Origin: Octopus vulgaris | Lineage: Eukaryota | Length of the DNA: 64,000 nucleotides | Direction: 5' to 3' | NCBI GenBank assembly: GCA_951406725.2 | Contig: OX597828.1 | Span: forward strand, 73,966,001-74,030,000 | Part shown: positions 13,840 to 27,900 of the stretch, in pieces | How the letters are laid out: every line of letters starts with the position of its first letter | Position numbering within the stretch: the first letter of the stretch is position 1 | Notes under the pieces: model-generated | Seen by the model: the letters and a program-made list of their open reading frames with translations, nothing else | Databases searched by the model: none | What the model was told of the DNA's origin: nothing | Translations under genes and position numbers: made by a program

Positions 13840-14095
13840 GTGATTGCAGGCCTTAAATAAAATTAGATTGCTATAGAATTAAAATTTAAAATTTATATTT
13901 ATCATAAGGGTACACAAGTAGCCAGCCTGCTAGAAAGAGGATTTACCACTCAGATAAAACACCAATAACACTGAAAATTTCAACAGAAAAAAACGGTAAG
14001 CGGGCAAACGGGTCAAATACTTTTAACATACCAAATACAGCTCAATGCTAAATATTTTGGCATCTGAATGCCCTTGGATCATGATTTTAAATTCT
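13840..14095 (-). mobile_element. Dispersed repeat homologous to 33620-33885 (HHR-bearing family), truncated before the HHR core
   Basis: Shared blocks 'gggtacacaa..ccagc.tgctagaa', 'cgggcaaacg..caaata', 'atacca..cagct' and 'atcatgattt..aatt'. Confidence 0.55.
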
Positions 14096-14129
14096 AATTA
14101 TATACATATGTACACACACACACACACAC

Positions 14130-14232
<103 letters not shown>

Positions 14233-14344
14233 AAAACAAAGTTATTTTAGTCCACACGGGTAGAAATACAAGTAAAATAGAAGTTGAAACTGCACTGGGA
14301 TTAGTTGAAATATCTTTTATTAATATATTTCAAAATATATTAAT

Positions 14345-14500
14345 GTGTCTGTGTTTGTACCCCCAACATCGCTTGATAACCGATGGTGGTGTGTTTACGT
14401 TCCCGTAAGCTAGCGGTTCGACAAAAGAACAAACAAGTCCTGGTGTCGATTTGCTCGACTAAAGCATGGCCACAGTCAAATGACTGAAACAAGTAAAAGA
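14345..14500 (+). mobile_element. SINE family A, 3' portion
   Basis: 'gtgtttacgt..tagcggttcg.caaaaga...gcatggcc.cagtcaaatgactgaaacaagtaaaaga'. Confidence 0.75.
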
Positions 14501-14508
14501 AAAAGAAG

Positions 14509-14567
<59 letters not shown>

Positions 14568-14572
<5 letters not shown>

Positions 14573-14815
14573 ATACAATATGTTACATTACTCGGTAGTC
14601 AAGATAAAACTCTGAGTTTCAGATGCCGAAGTGGAAATCCACAACACCATCTCTTCGGTTAACCGAAGAGATGGTGTTGTGGATTTCCACTTCGGCATCT
14701 GAAACTCAGAGTTTTATCTTGACTACCGAGTAATGTAACATATTGTATAGATAAATTTCCTCTATTTACATAATATTGAGGTCTCTTTCTTTCTTTTGTT
14801 ATCTTACCGTTTTAT

Positions 14816-14817
<2 letters not shown>
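14568..14817. mobile_element. Palindromic PLE-type terminal element in (TA)n: perfect 186 bp palindrome (14568-14753) plus ~64 bp one-sided tail
   Basis: The 93 bp arms are exact reverse complements about the axis 14660/14661 with no spacer. (TA)n flanks both sides and each arm carries an HHR-like motif. Confidence 0.8.
14660..14716 (+). ncRNA. Type I hammerhead-like motif (U4C variant), mirrored on the minus strand
   Basis: TAA-CCGAAGA-GATG..GTGGA tt TCCAC..CATC-T-GAAA-CTC a GAG-TT-TTA. Stems I, II and III all pair and the putative cleavage triplet is GUU (14711-14713). Confidence 0.55.
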
Positions 14818-14853
<36 letters not shown>

Positions 14854-14913
14854 TAACAAAATGAGATAAAAATCCAAAGCTGTGAGAGATTTCAGAACAT
14901 TTATAAAGAGAAG

Positions 14914-14961
14914 GTCTTAGAGCTGTTTCCGGGATATTTTATATATCCCTTCATCAGAGAC
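14914..14961 (-). ncRNA. Minimal type I hammerhead ribozyme motif (PLE type), one stem III mutation
   Basis: GTCT-CTGATGA-A-GGGATAT ataaa ATATCCC-G-GAAA-CAGCTC-TA-AGAC: 4 bp stem I, 7 bp stem II and near-palindromic stem III (CAGCTG expected). Confidence 0.7.
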
Positions 14962-15223
14962 GGTACGAGAAAATGGTTAAGCAAAAGTTATTCTAGAGAA
15001 GATATGAAATAGAGAGAGAAGTGGAGGAATAAAAACAGACGTGAGATATGCAGAGGTATTGTATCTCCAGTTCCATTATTCAAGTAGAATGGTATACATA
15101 TAACTCATTCGCATAATTACCGGACCTGGAGCTTAACTATGATCTGTCCATAGCACTTACTCAGCATTACCTGATACCTTTGGGTCTTCTTGACACCATT
15201 ACCTCTCATAACCTATATATATA

Positions 15224-15351
15224 CAGGGTGTCCCAAAAAGATGTATACACACCTTAAATAATTGTAAATTTGTTATTCTTTGTAAGCCTAGTACTTATTC
15301 TATCGTTCTCTTTTGCCGAACCACTATGTGTATACTTTTTTGGGGGACACC

Positions 15352-15354
<3 letters not shown>
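15224..15354. mobile_element. Tc1/mariner-type MITE with captured SINE fragment
   Basis: TIRs 'cagggtgtcccaaaaag..tgtatacaca' / 'tgtgtatacttttttgggggacaccctg' with TA on both sides. The interior 15273-15326 matches the SINE A body at 3944-3999. Confidence 0.85.
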
Positions 15355-15411
<57 letters not shown>

Positions 15412-15695
15412 GTGTGTGTGTGTCTATTGAAGATGTGTGTTAATTCATTCGCTTATTATTAAGTTCCACGCCCTCAGTTCCTGACTTCAAATCTCCAAAG
15501 ACATCGATTCATATTTCATCCTAGAAATGCTATAATTTGCCCACGTCAAAATGCCTGAGTTTTTAATGCAAATGGAGATGAAAGGTCAGCTCATATAATT
15601 TTCAAAGCAGGAAATAACAAACAAAAAAAACTATTCAATAAAAACAGTAAATATTTAAAACAAATACATTGCGGAAAACACATATTTGTCATTTA

Positions 15696-15757
<62 letters not shown>

Positions 15758-16279
15758 GTTCACTTCGTTTAAACATTTAAATTTTGTTGCGGCGAGAATT
15801 TTGACACCAAATAAATGTTTAAGTGAAGTGAACAATCTTGATGAGTTTTTATTTATTTATTTTTGAATAGCTAATAAGGGTGTTCCATGCTGTAATTGGT
15901 TTAGATGCAACACATGGCCTCAGATCAAACCGTTTGCCAGACAAGTATATCTCCGAAAATATATAATTCAAATTCTTATAACATCTGATGTTTCGTGATT
16001 CATTTGATCCGAGCTAACAGTTCAGCGTCCTCATTTGACCCTTGAATGCATCGAGGGAGACCCATTCTATTTCGAACTTCGGCACTAACGCTTTTTCTAA
16101 TAATACCTTGATTCATAATGTTTTACATTTGCTCTGCAATTGTCAGTGAGTGGCAAAAGAATAAAAGGGTTAAACAGTTCTTAAAAGACGAGAGGAAAAC
16201 AGCTCGGATGTCTCTGACCTCTGACCATCGGTTACTCGATCGATATTAATTAAATTACAATTATAATATATTATACTTT

Positions 16280-16673
16280 TCTAATCTAGGCACAAGGCCC
16301 AAAATTTTTGGAGAAAGGGGCCAGTCGATTAGATTGACCACAGTACGTAACTGGTACTTAATGTAGCGATCCCGAAAGGACGAAAGGCAAAGTCGACCTC
16401 ATAAGAATTTGAACACAGAACGTAAATACAGACGAAATACCGGTTTCTTTACTACCCACAAGGGGCTAAACACAGAGGGGACGAACAAGGACAGACAAAC
16501 AGATTTAGTTGATTACATCGACCCCAGTGCGTAACTGGTACCTATTTAATCGACCTCGAAAGGATGAAAAGCAAAGTCGACCTCGGCGGAATTTGAACTC
16601 AGAACGTAACGGCAGACGAAATACAGCTACGCATTTCGCCCGGCGTGCTAACCATTCTGCCAGCTCGCGGCCT
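16280..16673 (-). mobile_element. SINE family B, dimeric form
   Basis: One head 'ggc..cgagctggcagaa' followed by two tandem bodies. The first body ends in a LINE-like tail (16444-16495). Confidence 0.85.
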
Positions 16674-16968
16674 TAATGATATATTTATACTCAATAAACA
16701 ATGAGAACATCCACGTTGTTGTCAGTTGATCTGCTAGAAATGGTAGCAGAATCTCCTTCAATCCATGCTGTACGGCTCAAAATAAGGAGGGCACAACTTA
16801 TTAGCTAATTTAGTATCGGAGCCGTAAAATATGGTTAGTATTGGAACATAAAATCATAAAATTACAGCACGAGGTGTATTTTGTTAGATTTTGTTTTCTC
16901 CAAAAAAGACGACACAAAATAGAATCCAGTGTGTCATACTTTAAAAAACAATACATTACATATGTGTG

Positions 16969-17042
<74 letters not shown>

Positions 17043-17052
17043 CTTGTATGTA

Positions 17053-17089
<37 letters not shown>

Positions 17090-17800
17090 GATAGAAGCAG
17101 AAAGCCTGAAATAAAATAATAATTCATCTTAATACAATGTAGATATTAAATAGAATATAAATATTAAGCTAATATAAAGGACCTTTCTTTTTGGAATCAA
17201 AGCATTGCATTTCTACAAAAAGAAACTGTCTTGGTAAATGTGAAAATTATTAGTATGGTTTCTTACAGTATTTTCAATGCTAGGTTTTTTCTTCTCATTT
17301 CTTTTATTTGCAATAGTTTGTGATAGCGGTGATGGTGCGGGGATTGTTACATGTGTTTATCGGTGATTTCCATCAGCGTTGTTTCATCATTTATTTTGTT
17401 TTTTCTTCTTAAATTTCTCTTACAATTCGTGGGTAATGAGAATCCTTGTGGGATTTCCGTTATTCACATGATCCGTTTCAACACACACACAAATATACAC
17501 ATACATTCACACTCACACTCACACGTACACACACGCAGACACACGTATATACATACACATATATACATATATGTATATATGTATATACATACATATATAC
17601 ACATATATGTATATATGTATATATATATGTTTGTGCATATATATATATACACACATACACACACACAAACATATATATATACATATATTCATACGCACAA
17701 ATACATAAATATGCGTGTGTGTGTGTGTAAATTTATAGATAAATAAATACGTATTTTTATCAGTAAAACTAAATATATATATACTAATATATTATTATTC

Positions 17801-17860
<60 letters not shown>

Positions 17861-18003
17861 ATGTGCGTGTACGTTTGTGTGTGCGTGTGTGCGTGCATGT
17901 TTGTGTGCGTTTACACACATGTATATATGTGTGTGTGTGATTATCTTTGCAAGTGTACACGTAATCTCTTTAAAAATGCATATACTCAGCAAAGTACATA
18001 AAT

Positions 18004-18336
18004 CTCTCTCCTCTCTCTCTCCCCACTATCAGTCTCGCTCTCTCTTTTACGCCCTCTCTTTTCCAGCCTCTCCCTTTTTCTCTCTCTCTCCCTCTCTCGA
18101 TCTCGCTCTCTCTTTTCGTCCCACTCTTTTCCTCCCTCTCTTATCCTGCCTCTCTCCCTCTCTCTTTTCCTCCTTCTCTTTTCCTGCCTCTCACTCTCTC
18201 TCTTTTCCTCCCTGTCTTTTCCTGCCTCTCACTCTCTCTCCTTTCCTCCCTCTCTTATCCTGCCTCTCTCCCTCTCTCTTTTCCTCCTTCTCTTTTCCTG
18301 CCTCTCCCTCTCTCTCTCCTTTCCTCCCTCTCTTTT

Positions 18337-18394
<58 letters not shown>

Positions 18395-18565
18395 TCTCGA
18401 TCTCGCTCTCTCTTTTTGTCCCACTCTTTTCCTCCCTCTCTTATCCTGCCTCTCTCCCTCTCTCTTTTCCTACTTCTCTTTTCCTGCCTCTCCCTCTCTC
18501 TCTCCTTTCCTCCCTCTCTCTCTCTTTCCCTCCCTCTCTTTTCCTGCCTCTCCCTCTCTCTCTCC

Positions 18566-18660
<95 letters not shown>
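18004..18660. repeat. CT-rich polypyrimidine minisatellite with higher-order repeats
   Basis: 'ccctctctcgatctcgctctctcttt' occurs at ~18090 and ~18390. A shorter 'tttcctgcctctc' unit is repeated and the tract ends in (CT)n. Confidence 0.9.
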
Positions 18661-18661
<1 letters not shown>

Positions 18662-19101
18662 GCCTATATGCATATGTGAGCATGTACAGATATCTGTGCT
18701 TGTATGTTTCAGTAGGCATATCAATTCATGTGTTTGCCTGCATCAATAAAAATTATCTTTCTCTCTTAAAAACCGTTTCCATATCGGTTGATATCTGTTG
18801 ATAAATAAATAAACAAGTAATTATAAATATTTATATGCATGTCTTGATATAGATAAGTCTTATATTTCATATTTCTTTATATCTATGTGTACAACCGATA
18901 AACATTAGTATGCATATTTTCACTTGAGGGATTTAGGGTATACCTATACAGAGATTAATTGTGGAGTAAAGGGAAGAAATTTGCGTATACACACCATTTT
19001 ATGTATACATATCAGTATATATATGTGTGAGTACGCATATATATATATATACATATGTATATATGTGTGTAAATATTTGTATATACATATGTATGTGTGT
19101 G

Positions 19102-19167
<66 letters not shown>

Positions 19168-19450
19168 AACTTGAATATGGAAAGGTAAAATGATACGCAA
19201 AAAATATGTGAAATTCTCATATATTTTGTCCTTTTAGTCATTTATAAAGATATACGTATATATATATATGTGTGTGTATATATATTTATATATATATGTG
19301 TGTGTGTGTGTATACACATGTGTGTGCGCAAGAGTATTGATATAGATGTATGCATAGAAAAAATTATGCATATATGCTCCCTCATACTACACATAAACAT
19401 GTATACATATATGTAAATGTGTATATATATATATATACACACATAGATAC

Positions 19451-19488
<38 letters not shown>

Positions 19489-19916
19489 CTTATTTTCTTC
19501 TGGAAGTGATAGCAAAAACGATAAAGTTTGGAATTGTTTAAATTCCTTGATGTATTCTACAAAGTGATTCATTGCTGAGTAAATTGTAAAGACAAGTATT
19601 TTTGCTGTGAAAGAAGAAACTATATACAACACAAACATTCTCAACTGTCGCTTGATTCTTTGTTCTGTGCTTCGCTTTCTTGTTCGGTTTCGTTTTCGTT
19701 TTCGTTTTTTCAAGAAGTTTTTGACGAAGTTTTTTTTTTTGTTGTTGTTTTCCTGTTTTCAATTTTATGTCGTTCTAACTAGATAAAAATATCATTCTGG
19801 AAGCAAGGGATTTGAAGATCTCCATCTTGAAAAATTAGCCCGCCTAAATAAATTACTGTAACGGATTTATGTGTGTGTATGCGTGTGTGTGTGTATGTGT
19901 GCGTGTGTGCGTGTGT

Positions 19917-19956
<40 letters not shown>

Positions 19957-20025
19957 GCGTATAGTATCACAAATGCACACACTTATGCATGTGCATACAG
20001 GTAATCAAACACAAATACAGATATA

Positions 20026-20087
<62 letters not shown>

Positions 20088-21216
20088 TGTATGAGTTTGC
20101 ACATGTATGTGTAAGTGTGTATATATTACTTTCGGCTGTTACTTCGTATCAATTTCACATGTCCACACCGACTGAAATTACACATACATCACGTCCAGTG
20201 GTTTATGTTTTATGTACACAGAAGTATACATACATACATACATACATACATACATACATACATACATACATACATACACATATATATGTAAGTATATATA
20301 TATGTGTGCGTGTGTGTGTATATTTAAATATAATTATGTGTATATATATATATACACATATATAAACACACATGTGTATGTATTTATGTATATATCTATT
20401 TATAAATATATATACCCACACATGTATATACGTGTATATACATACATACGTACATACATACATATATACTTACTTACATATACATTAGTATCTCAGAAAC
20501 AAATTGTACTGTGTCGAAAAAGTTTCATTAACTCAGAATAAGCTTTCAATTAAATGAAAAAGCTCCCTCTAGAGGCCTTTAAAATCTAAAAACTGGAAAC
20601 AAGCGACCTAAATCTAACAAGTCTGGCTAATTTTTTGAGCAATAAAATTGATTCGGTAGCAGGAATATCAGAGGTGTAAAAACAAAAGGTGAAAGAAACA
20701 GAGCTGTTTCCGATTTGTTATGTCTTATCAGTATATTTCCTTCAGTTTTCAACAACGTAGAAGTCATAAAGGGAAACGGAGACGTTGATATTTCATATCA
20801 AATATCGAATAATTAGAGTCGAGATGAAGATAAATACATCTGGAGTGTCCTTCATATACTGTGTGCATATGTGCGTATTCGTGTGTGTGTGTGTGTACAC
20901 ACTCATTGTCTGTAATCTCAATACGCATCTCTGTTTTACACTACCTATTCAAGATTGCCGAAATCGGAGTTCATTTCGCTGCAAGGATCCCGACCATCAT
21001 TCAAAATAAGAGGTTACCAACGCCTATCTTCTGGCTGTTACTCGTTCATCTTTTGTTTGTTTTATTCGTTGCATTCAGGTCATGCTGGAGCACCGCCTTC
21101 AAGTGCTTAGTCGAGCATCACGATCTCAGTGTTCATTCCTTTATGCTTAGTGTTATACCTATGTACGTGTGTGTGTATGTTTGTTTGCGTATGCGTGTGT
21201 TTTACATAAGCATAAC

Positions 21217-21524
<308 letters not shown>

Positions 21525-21784
21525 ATCTCTGTCCCCTGATAGTTATTAATTTATTATTTCTTCTCTGCCGACATAATGCAGTCTTTATAAGTTCATTTAG
21601 ATTTAGCAAAGTGAGCATTTACCGTGTTTAGTAAAGTAATCTTGCTGGAGTTTATCTACATTCACCGAGATTAGCCAGCATTGTTAAGCGGTAAAAGCGA
21701 ACACTGTATCCGCATGGATCATAATATCCCTCTTAACAATTTTCAGAAATTTAGCTTTACATACATATATATAAAGAGAGCGAG

Positions 21785-21823
<39 letters not shown>

Positions 21824-22068
21824 CTGCGTCCATAAATAAGCTTTACAATTTGAAAAATTTTTTTAAAAAATGAAATATATATATAACTCAGCAGAGTTCA
21901 TTGGCAAGAAAAAAAAAGGTTTCGTTAGAAATATCAGAACACTTCCACTGCGGACTCCATTGGTTGCACGCATCACAACCAGGCGACACAATGCAGTAAA
22001 TTGTGGAAGCTGTAAAGAAGATTTATGAACAGCTTGTGTAAAACAGAGAGGAGGGGGTGACGACGATG

Positions 22069-22161
22069 AAGAAGAAGAAGAAGAAGAAGAAGAAGAAGAA
22101 GAAGAAGAAGAAGAAGAAGAAGAAGAAGAAGAAGAAGAAGAAGAAGAAGAAGAAGAAGAAG
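22069..22161. repeat. (GAA)n, ~31 units
   Basis: Directly visible. Confidence 0.98.
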
Positions 22162-23299
22162 AGTACTCTTTCAGTTTTTTCTTCCCTATTCTTTAAATGA
22201 CATCAGAGATATTTCAATTTGTGCTAAGTTACGAAAAGATTTCTTCAAACCACAAAAAGTGACAAAAGCGAATTTGAAGAATTTAGAAAAAGGAAAAAAC
22301 TAAAAGCGAAATGACAACGTAACAGTGGGGATTAGGGTCTGTTGTTAGGAGAGATTAGGGGCTGCATTATATAAGATTATAAGTGATTGAAATAAAATAC
22401 CAGAGTGATTAAATTTTGAAATAAACAACCATGAAATTTACATCTTTGGTAAATCTTCAAGAATTAGAAATAAAATCTTGGCCTTTGACAGTAGAATTAA
22501 AATAGTAGCGGCCAAAATTTGGCAAACATTTATTCGAGTTGCTAGTATCGACTTCACGAAGAATAACATATCTGCTGGTTTTATTTTGTTTAATTTTATT
22601 TATTAATTTATTTTGTAATTTAAATGAATGATAGGAATTATATGAAAATGTCTTGGTTTTCTGTCGACGAGTAAATAATAAGATTAATTACCGAAGCTGT
22701 GCTTTTAAGGATCATTTCTTAAGTATTTTGTCGCAACGGCATTCGAATTCATTTGATTGCTCTAACAAGATTAATATGAATAGGGGGGGGTTGAGTTGTT
22801 GATGGAGGACAGTAAGAACGAGGAGGGAGTAATGACTTGAAGGATATTTACAAGGTGCGAGAGAGAGGAGAGAGAGGTCACGTTTGTTGGGAGGGAGAGG
22901 GTGATAATAACATGGAGAATAACAAGATTAATAAGGTGAATAATAGCAAACTTGATAGCGCTTTCTTTATTTGCCACAGGGGCTGCAGATCAGAGGGACA
23001 CTACAAGGAGAAACGTTAAAACCGATGCACGTTTATGTGGAATGGAGTATGAGAAAACGTGGAAAATAGCTGAATGAAAGAAAATGTAATTTTCTAGCAG
23101 GAGGCAGCCAACTTGTGTCAATGATAGATCCGCACGGATCCATTATGAAATTTACTTCGCAATAGCGAACAGAGAGCAGTTAATAGACCAAACGAAGGTC
23201 ACGTAGCGATCCTGACAGTTAATGCGTATAAAGGTCAGTGCTGCACGCGACAAAATCTGTTGGACAAACTGCACAAGTTAGTAATACTGGGACAGGAAA

Positions 23300-24470
23300 C
23301 GAACACAAAACGATTTCGTCATTCTGCGATAAACTTTCTCTGGAGCTACTGTTGACGGCACTTCTGTGTCTGTAGATTTGCTCTCGAGCTGGCATCGGCC
23401 CCTCGAAGCAGGGCAATGCCATGAAATTTTGAAAGTTATCCATAGTCCTCAAGAGACCAAATCTTTCATCTGATATTTTGTTTATTATTTGTGTCCCCTT
23501 CAGAACATCGTTGTTTTTGCTCGACACTAACATTCTACAGAAAGCGTCAAACGATGCATTTCCCTCCTCGTAGAGAACAATGAGTAACTGAAAATATTTC
23601 AGAAACAAGGCCCCCAATCTAAGAATCTAAGTTGTCGCCTAACCCAAGACTGAAGATCCGTCAAAGAGACGATCAGCGAAAAAACGGCGTAAACACTTAC
23701 CAACTTTGCAGATGCAGCATCCTCAAGGCATAATCTGTGCATCTCTATCCAGGGCGCACGAAGCTTCCATGCAGACGGTGTTAGCTGCAGACGGACGGTC
23801 TAACCAATGAAACACAACCCTTTCACAAGAACCCAAGAAAATAATCAATTCGATCTCGAAAGATGAAAACCGGAGCACAATACGGTGTCTAAGTGGTAAC
23901 AATATATTCTGATACTATCCTACTTAATAAGCTCCTTCAGTATAACACTCTGAGCTATGATTTGAGCGAGATTTTGTTTTTGATTTCTCGCAGCTCACGT
24001 GAACATATAGGTGGTCCAAAATTTACTCTTTAAAAAAGTACCAATATCATACGGCAGACTCCATTGAATGTTCTCCTACATTCACCTCATGCAATGACAC
24101 AAAATTCAAAACATAAGAGTGATGAGGGACAATATCCTTTATGAAATGAGCGCATGATTCGAAACAGATCCGGTCGGAATTTCGTTAATCTGATAATGGA
24201 ACAGATAATGTTATACATCGTAACACTTTCTCTTCTGGGAACTGGACGGAAATCGGCTGCTCTGAGGAGCGCCGTCAAATACTGATGGTTACCTCTCATG
24301 AAGTAGATGGAACCTTTACCAAATCTAGGTATAATCTTCACTTTGTCTTCGATCAACCGTCTCGAGAGGAAATTTTAAGAAATAGCCGACTGTAGGATTC
24401 CAGCCACACAACTTCGAGGATCGAAGTTTCTGTGCCCCAGCTCACCCAAACTCTTCATGGACAGATTTCT
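23300..24470 (-). pseudogene. Probable degraded RTE-clade LINE reverse-transcriptase relic
   Basis: Broken minus-strand peptides in the expected order: 'FGKGS..GNHQ', 'DFRP..RRESVTMYNIICSIIRL', 'PDLFRIMRSFHKG', 'DYFLGS'. There are many stops and frameshifts and no intact YxDD was seen. Confidence 0.35.
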
Positions 24471-24619
24471 TTGCGTTTCCAGCAGCACAACTTACAATGA
24501 CATGTGTAGCATTCTGGTCAATGTGTTTAGTAATTAATTACAGAGAAATTATTTTTAATTACTTTAAAAATACTCAAAATGGTAAATATTATAGCAAATA
24601 ATACAACTACTAATAATAA

Positions 24620-24830
24620 TCCTTTCTACCATAAGCACAAGGTCTGAAATTTTGGGGGAGGGGACTAGTCGATTATATCTACCCCAGTGTTTCAGTGATA
24701 ATTAATTTATCGACCTGGAAAGAATGAAAGGCAAAGTCAACCTCGGCAGAATTTGAACTCAGAACGTAAAGACTGACGAAACGCCGTTAAGCATTTTGTC
24801 GGCGAGCTAACGATTCTGCAAGTTCACCGC
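24620..24830 (-). mobile_element. SINE family B monomer
   Basis: Full head-to-tail match to family B, with an (ATT)n tail. Confidence 0.85.
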
Positions 24831-24849
24831 AATAATAATAATAATGATG

Positions 24850-24907
<58 letters not shown>

Positions 24908-27900
24908 GTATGAATGATAGAGAACCGCTTCATAAACTCTCAAATACAAACCAAAATAAAAAACAAATCCAAATTGGCAACTATGTAACAAATGAAATAA
25001 TACGAGAATTAAAACCTGATTTTACTGAGTTAAATGAAATCATTTACGCTTCTGCTAGGGCAATTGAAACCAGCTGTATGCCCCCGAAAAAACAAAGAAA
25101 GCAAAACCTGGGAAGAAATCAAACCTGGAGAAGTAAAATTGAAAAAGAGATTGAATTTATGGGAGGGGAAATATCAATATTAAATGAACTAATATGTGGA
25201 AATGATGTAAGATCCAGAACAGGAAGAAAGATGAAGAGAAAATTTGGATCCTCGCCAAGAGAAGAACTGATATCAATAAAAGAAACGCTGAAACAAAAAG
25301 TCCAAGCAAAAGCCCAAAGAATACGAAGATTTGAGAAGAGAAACAAGTTTTACAAGCAAAATAAGCTGTTCACATCCAATGCCAAAAAATTCTACAGAGA
25401 AATAGGGAAGGAGAAAGTAACCGTTAAAGACCCCCTCCCATGGAAGAAGTTCAAAACTTTTGGAAAAGGATTTGGAGTGACAAGAAGACGTACAACATAA
25501 ATGCAGACTGGATTATACAAACTGAAGGATCCTACCAAAATTTACAACAACAAGCATGGGAAGACATCACAATAGCAGACCTAAGAAAGGCACTCACGAA
25601 GGCCCATAATTGGAAATCCCCCGGTAAAGATAGGGTGCCGAATTTCTGGCTCGCATCGCTCCCGTGCGCACACGGTAAGCTAGTTCAGCTGCTCAATGGA
25701 ATTATGAGAGACCCAAAGAAAACACCTGAATGGTTAGCAAGTGGCATTACTTACCTACTCCCAAAGAATAACGAAACCAACCTTCCAAAAACTATCGGCC
25801 TATAACCTGTCTATCCACCACGTATAAAATCCTAACATCTATCCTGGCGGAGAAAACATATGCATTCATGGAGAAGAACGATATTTTCCCCATTTAACAA
25901 AAAGGGTGCCGCCGAGGCTCTTACGGATGCAAAGATCAACTGCTAATCAATCGTATGATCCTTGAGAACTGTCACAACAAGCGCAGAAATCTCATCACCG
26001 CATGGATTGACTATAAAAAGGCCTTCGACAGTATACCGCATCCATGGATCTTGAGATCGCTGGACATCTTCAAAATTTCCCCTGTGATTTCAAACTTCCT
26101 GAAGCACAATATGTCGTTGTGGAATACGAATCTCCAATTATACCACTCTAATGGAGTACTTTCCTCAGAAAATATAAACATCAACTGTGGAATTTTTCAA
26201 GGTGACTCACTTTCACCTTTAATATTCTGCATAGCCCTAATACCCCTTACAAGTGAATTAAACAGAACAGGGTATGGGTATAAAATTGCCAATAAAAAAA
26301 TAAGCCATCTATTTTATATGGATGACTTAAAACTTTATGGTAAAGACAATAATGAACTTGAAGGCCTATTGCGCACCGTGAAATCATTCAGCGATGATAT
26401 CGGGATGGAGTTTGGACTTGAGAAGTGTGCCAAGGCCACTTTCCAGAAAGGGAAAGTGAAGACCACAAATTCAGTCGTGTTAGATGTTGACACAGTCATA
26501 AGAGAGCTTGAGCAAGAACAAACATACAAATATTTAGGGATAAATGAAGGCTCTGGTATTCAGCATTCAAGCATGAAAGAGAGAATCAGGAAGGAATGTT
26601 ATAGGAGAGTTCGTGCAGTCCTGAAATCTGAACTAAATGCACGTAACAAGGTGTTAGCTATAAATTCCCTAGCAGTTCCAGTTGTTACTTATAGCTACAA
26701 TGTGTTGAACTGGAATATGAGTGAAGTAAAGAATATAGATAGAAAAATACGCAAGCTGCTGAGTTGTAATAGGATGCACCACCCAAAGGCAGACGTAGAT
26801 CGCCTTTACCTTCCCAGAGCCCAAGGAGGTCGAGGCCTGATCCAATTTGAACTAGCTTACAAAACAACCACAATTGGACTGGCCAAATATCTCGAAATAT
26901 CGAATGACTGGATGCTAAAGCTCGTGGAAAATCACGAGAGACGAAAGAAGCTTCATTCTATCATCAAGGAAAGCAAAAAATTTGCTATTGATCTCGTGCA
27001 GGATACCCAAACTGAACAACCCGAGGGAAGTACGGCAACTATTGTTGCAAAGAAGGTGAAAATGATGGCAATGAAAAAAGCGCACGAGCAATTGGCTGAT
27101 AGGTGGGAGGAGAAACCTCTGCACGGCAAATATGTGACCCGCAGCAAACAAGCTGATGTTGACCAGAAGCAAACCCATCAGTGGCTGCGGAGCTCAGGGC
27201 TAAAAGCAGAGAGCGAAGGTTTCATCCTGGCTGCTCAAGACCAAAGCCTATCAACCCGGAACTACCAGGCCAATGTGATGAAAAATGGAGCAGACCCAAA
27301 ATGCCGATTCTCCAACGACATGATTGAAACAGTGGACCACCTAATCTCTGGATGTAAAGTCTTAGCACCAGTGGAGTATAAATTAAGACATGACAGAGTT
27401 GGCCAATATCTCCACTGGCTAATAAGTCGGCATTACAATATCAAAACTGCCGACAAGTGGTATAATCACCACCCTGAGGCTGTAACTGAAGGAGAAAATG
27501 TAACCATTCTGTGGGACTTTCCAGTACATACAGACCGAACCATCAAGGCCAATAAACCAGATATTGTTGTGAAAGACCAAAACAATAAAGTTTGCTTATT
27601 GATCGACATGAGCATCCCCTGTGATCATAATATCTCAGCGAAAGAGTTTGACAAGCTCAGAAAATATAAAGACCTACTCATTGAAATTGAGAAAATGTGG
27701 CATCTCAAGGCGGTTACAATACCAGTGATCGTAGGAGCACTAGGAATGATCAAGAAGGGAACCGAAAATTATATGAGAATGATCCCTGGCTTACCATCCC
27801 TGCAAGAAGTGCAAAAGATTGTCTTAACTGGTACATCACACGTATTGAGAAGAGCATTGTCGATGTGAGAACTGTTGCTGCTCATGCATTTTAATTTAAC

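Noticed and set aside
23651-23700. CTGAAGA..CGAAA motif
   Set aside because: Stems I and III cannot be formed.
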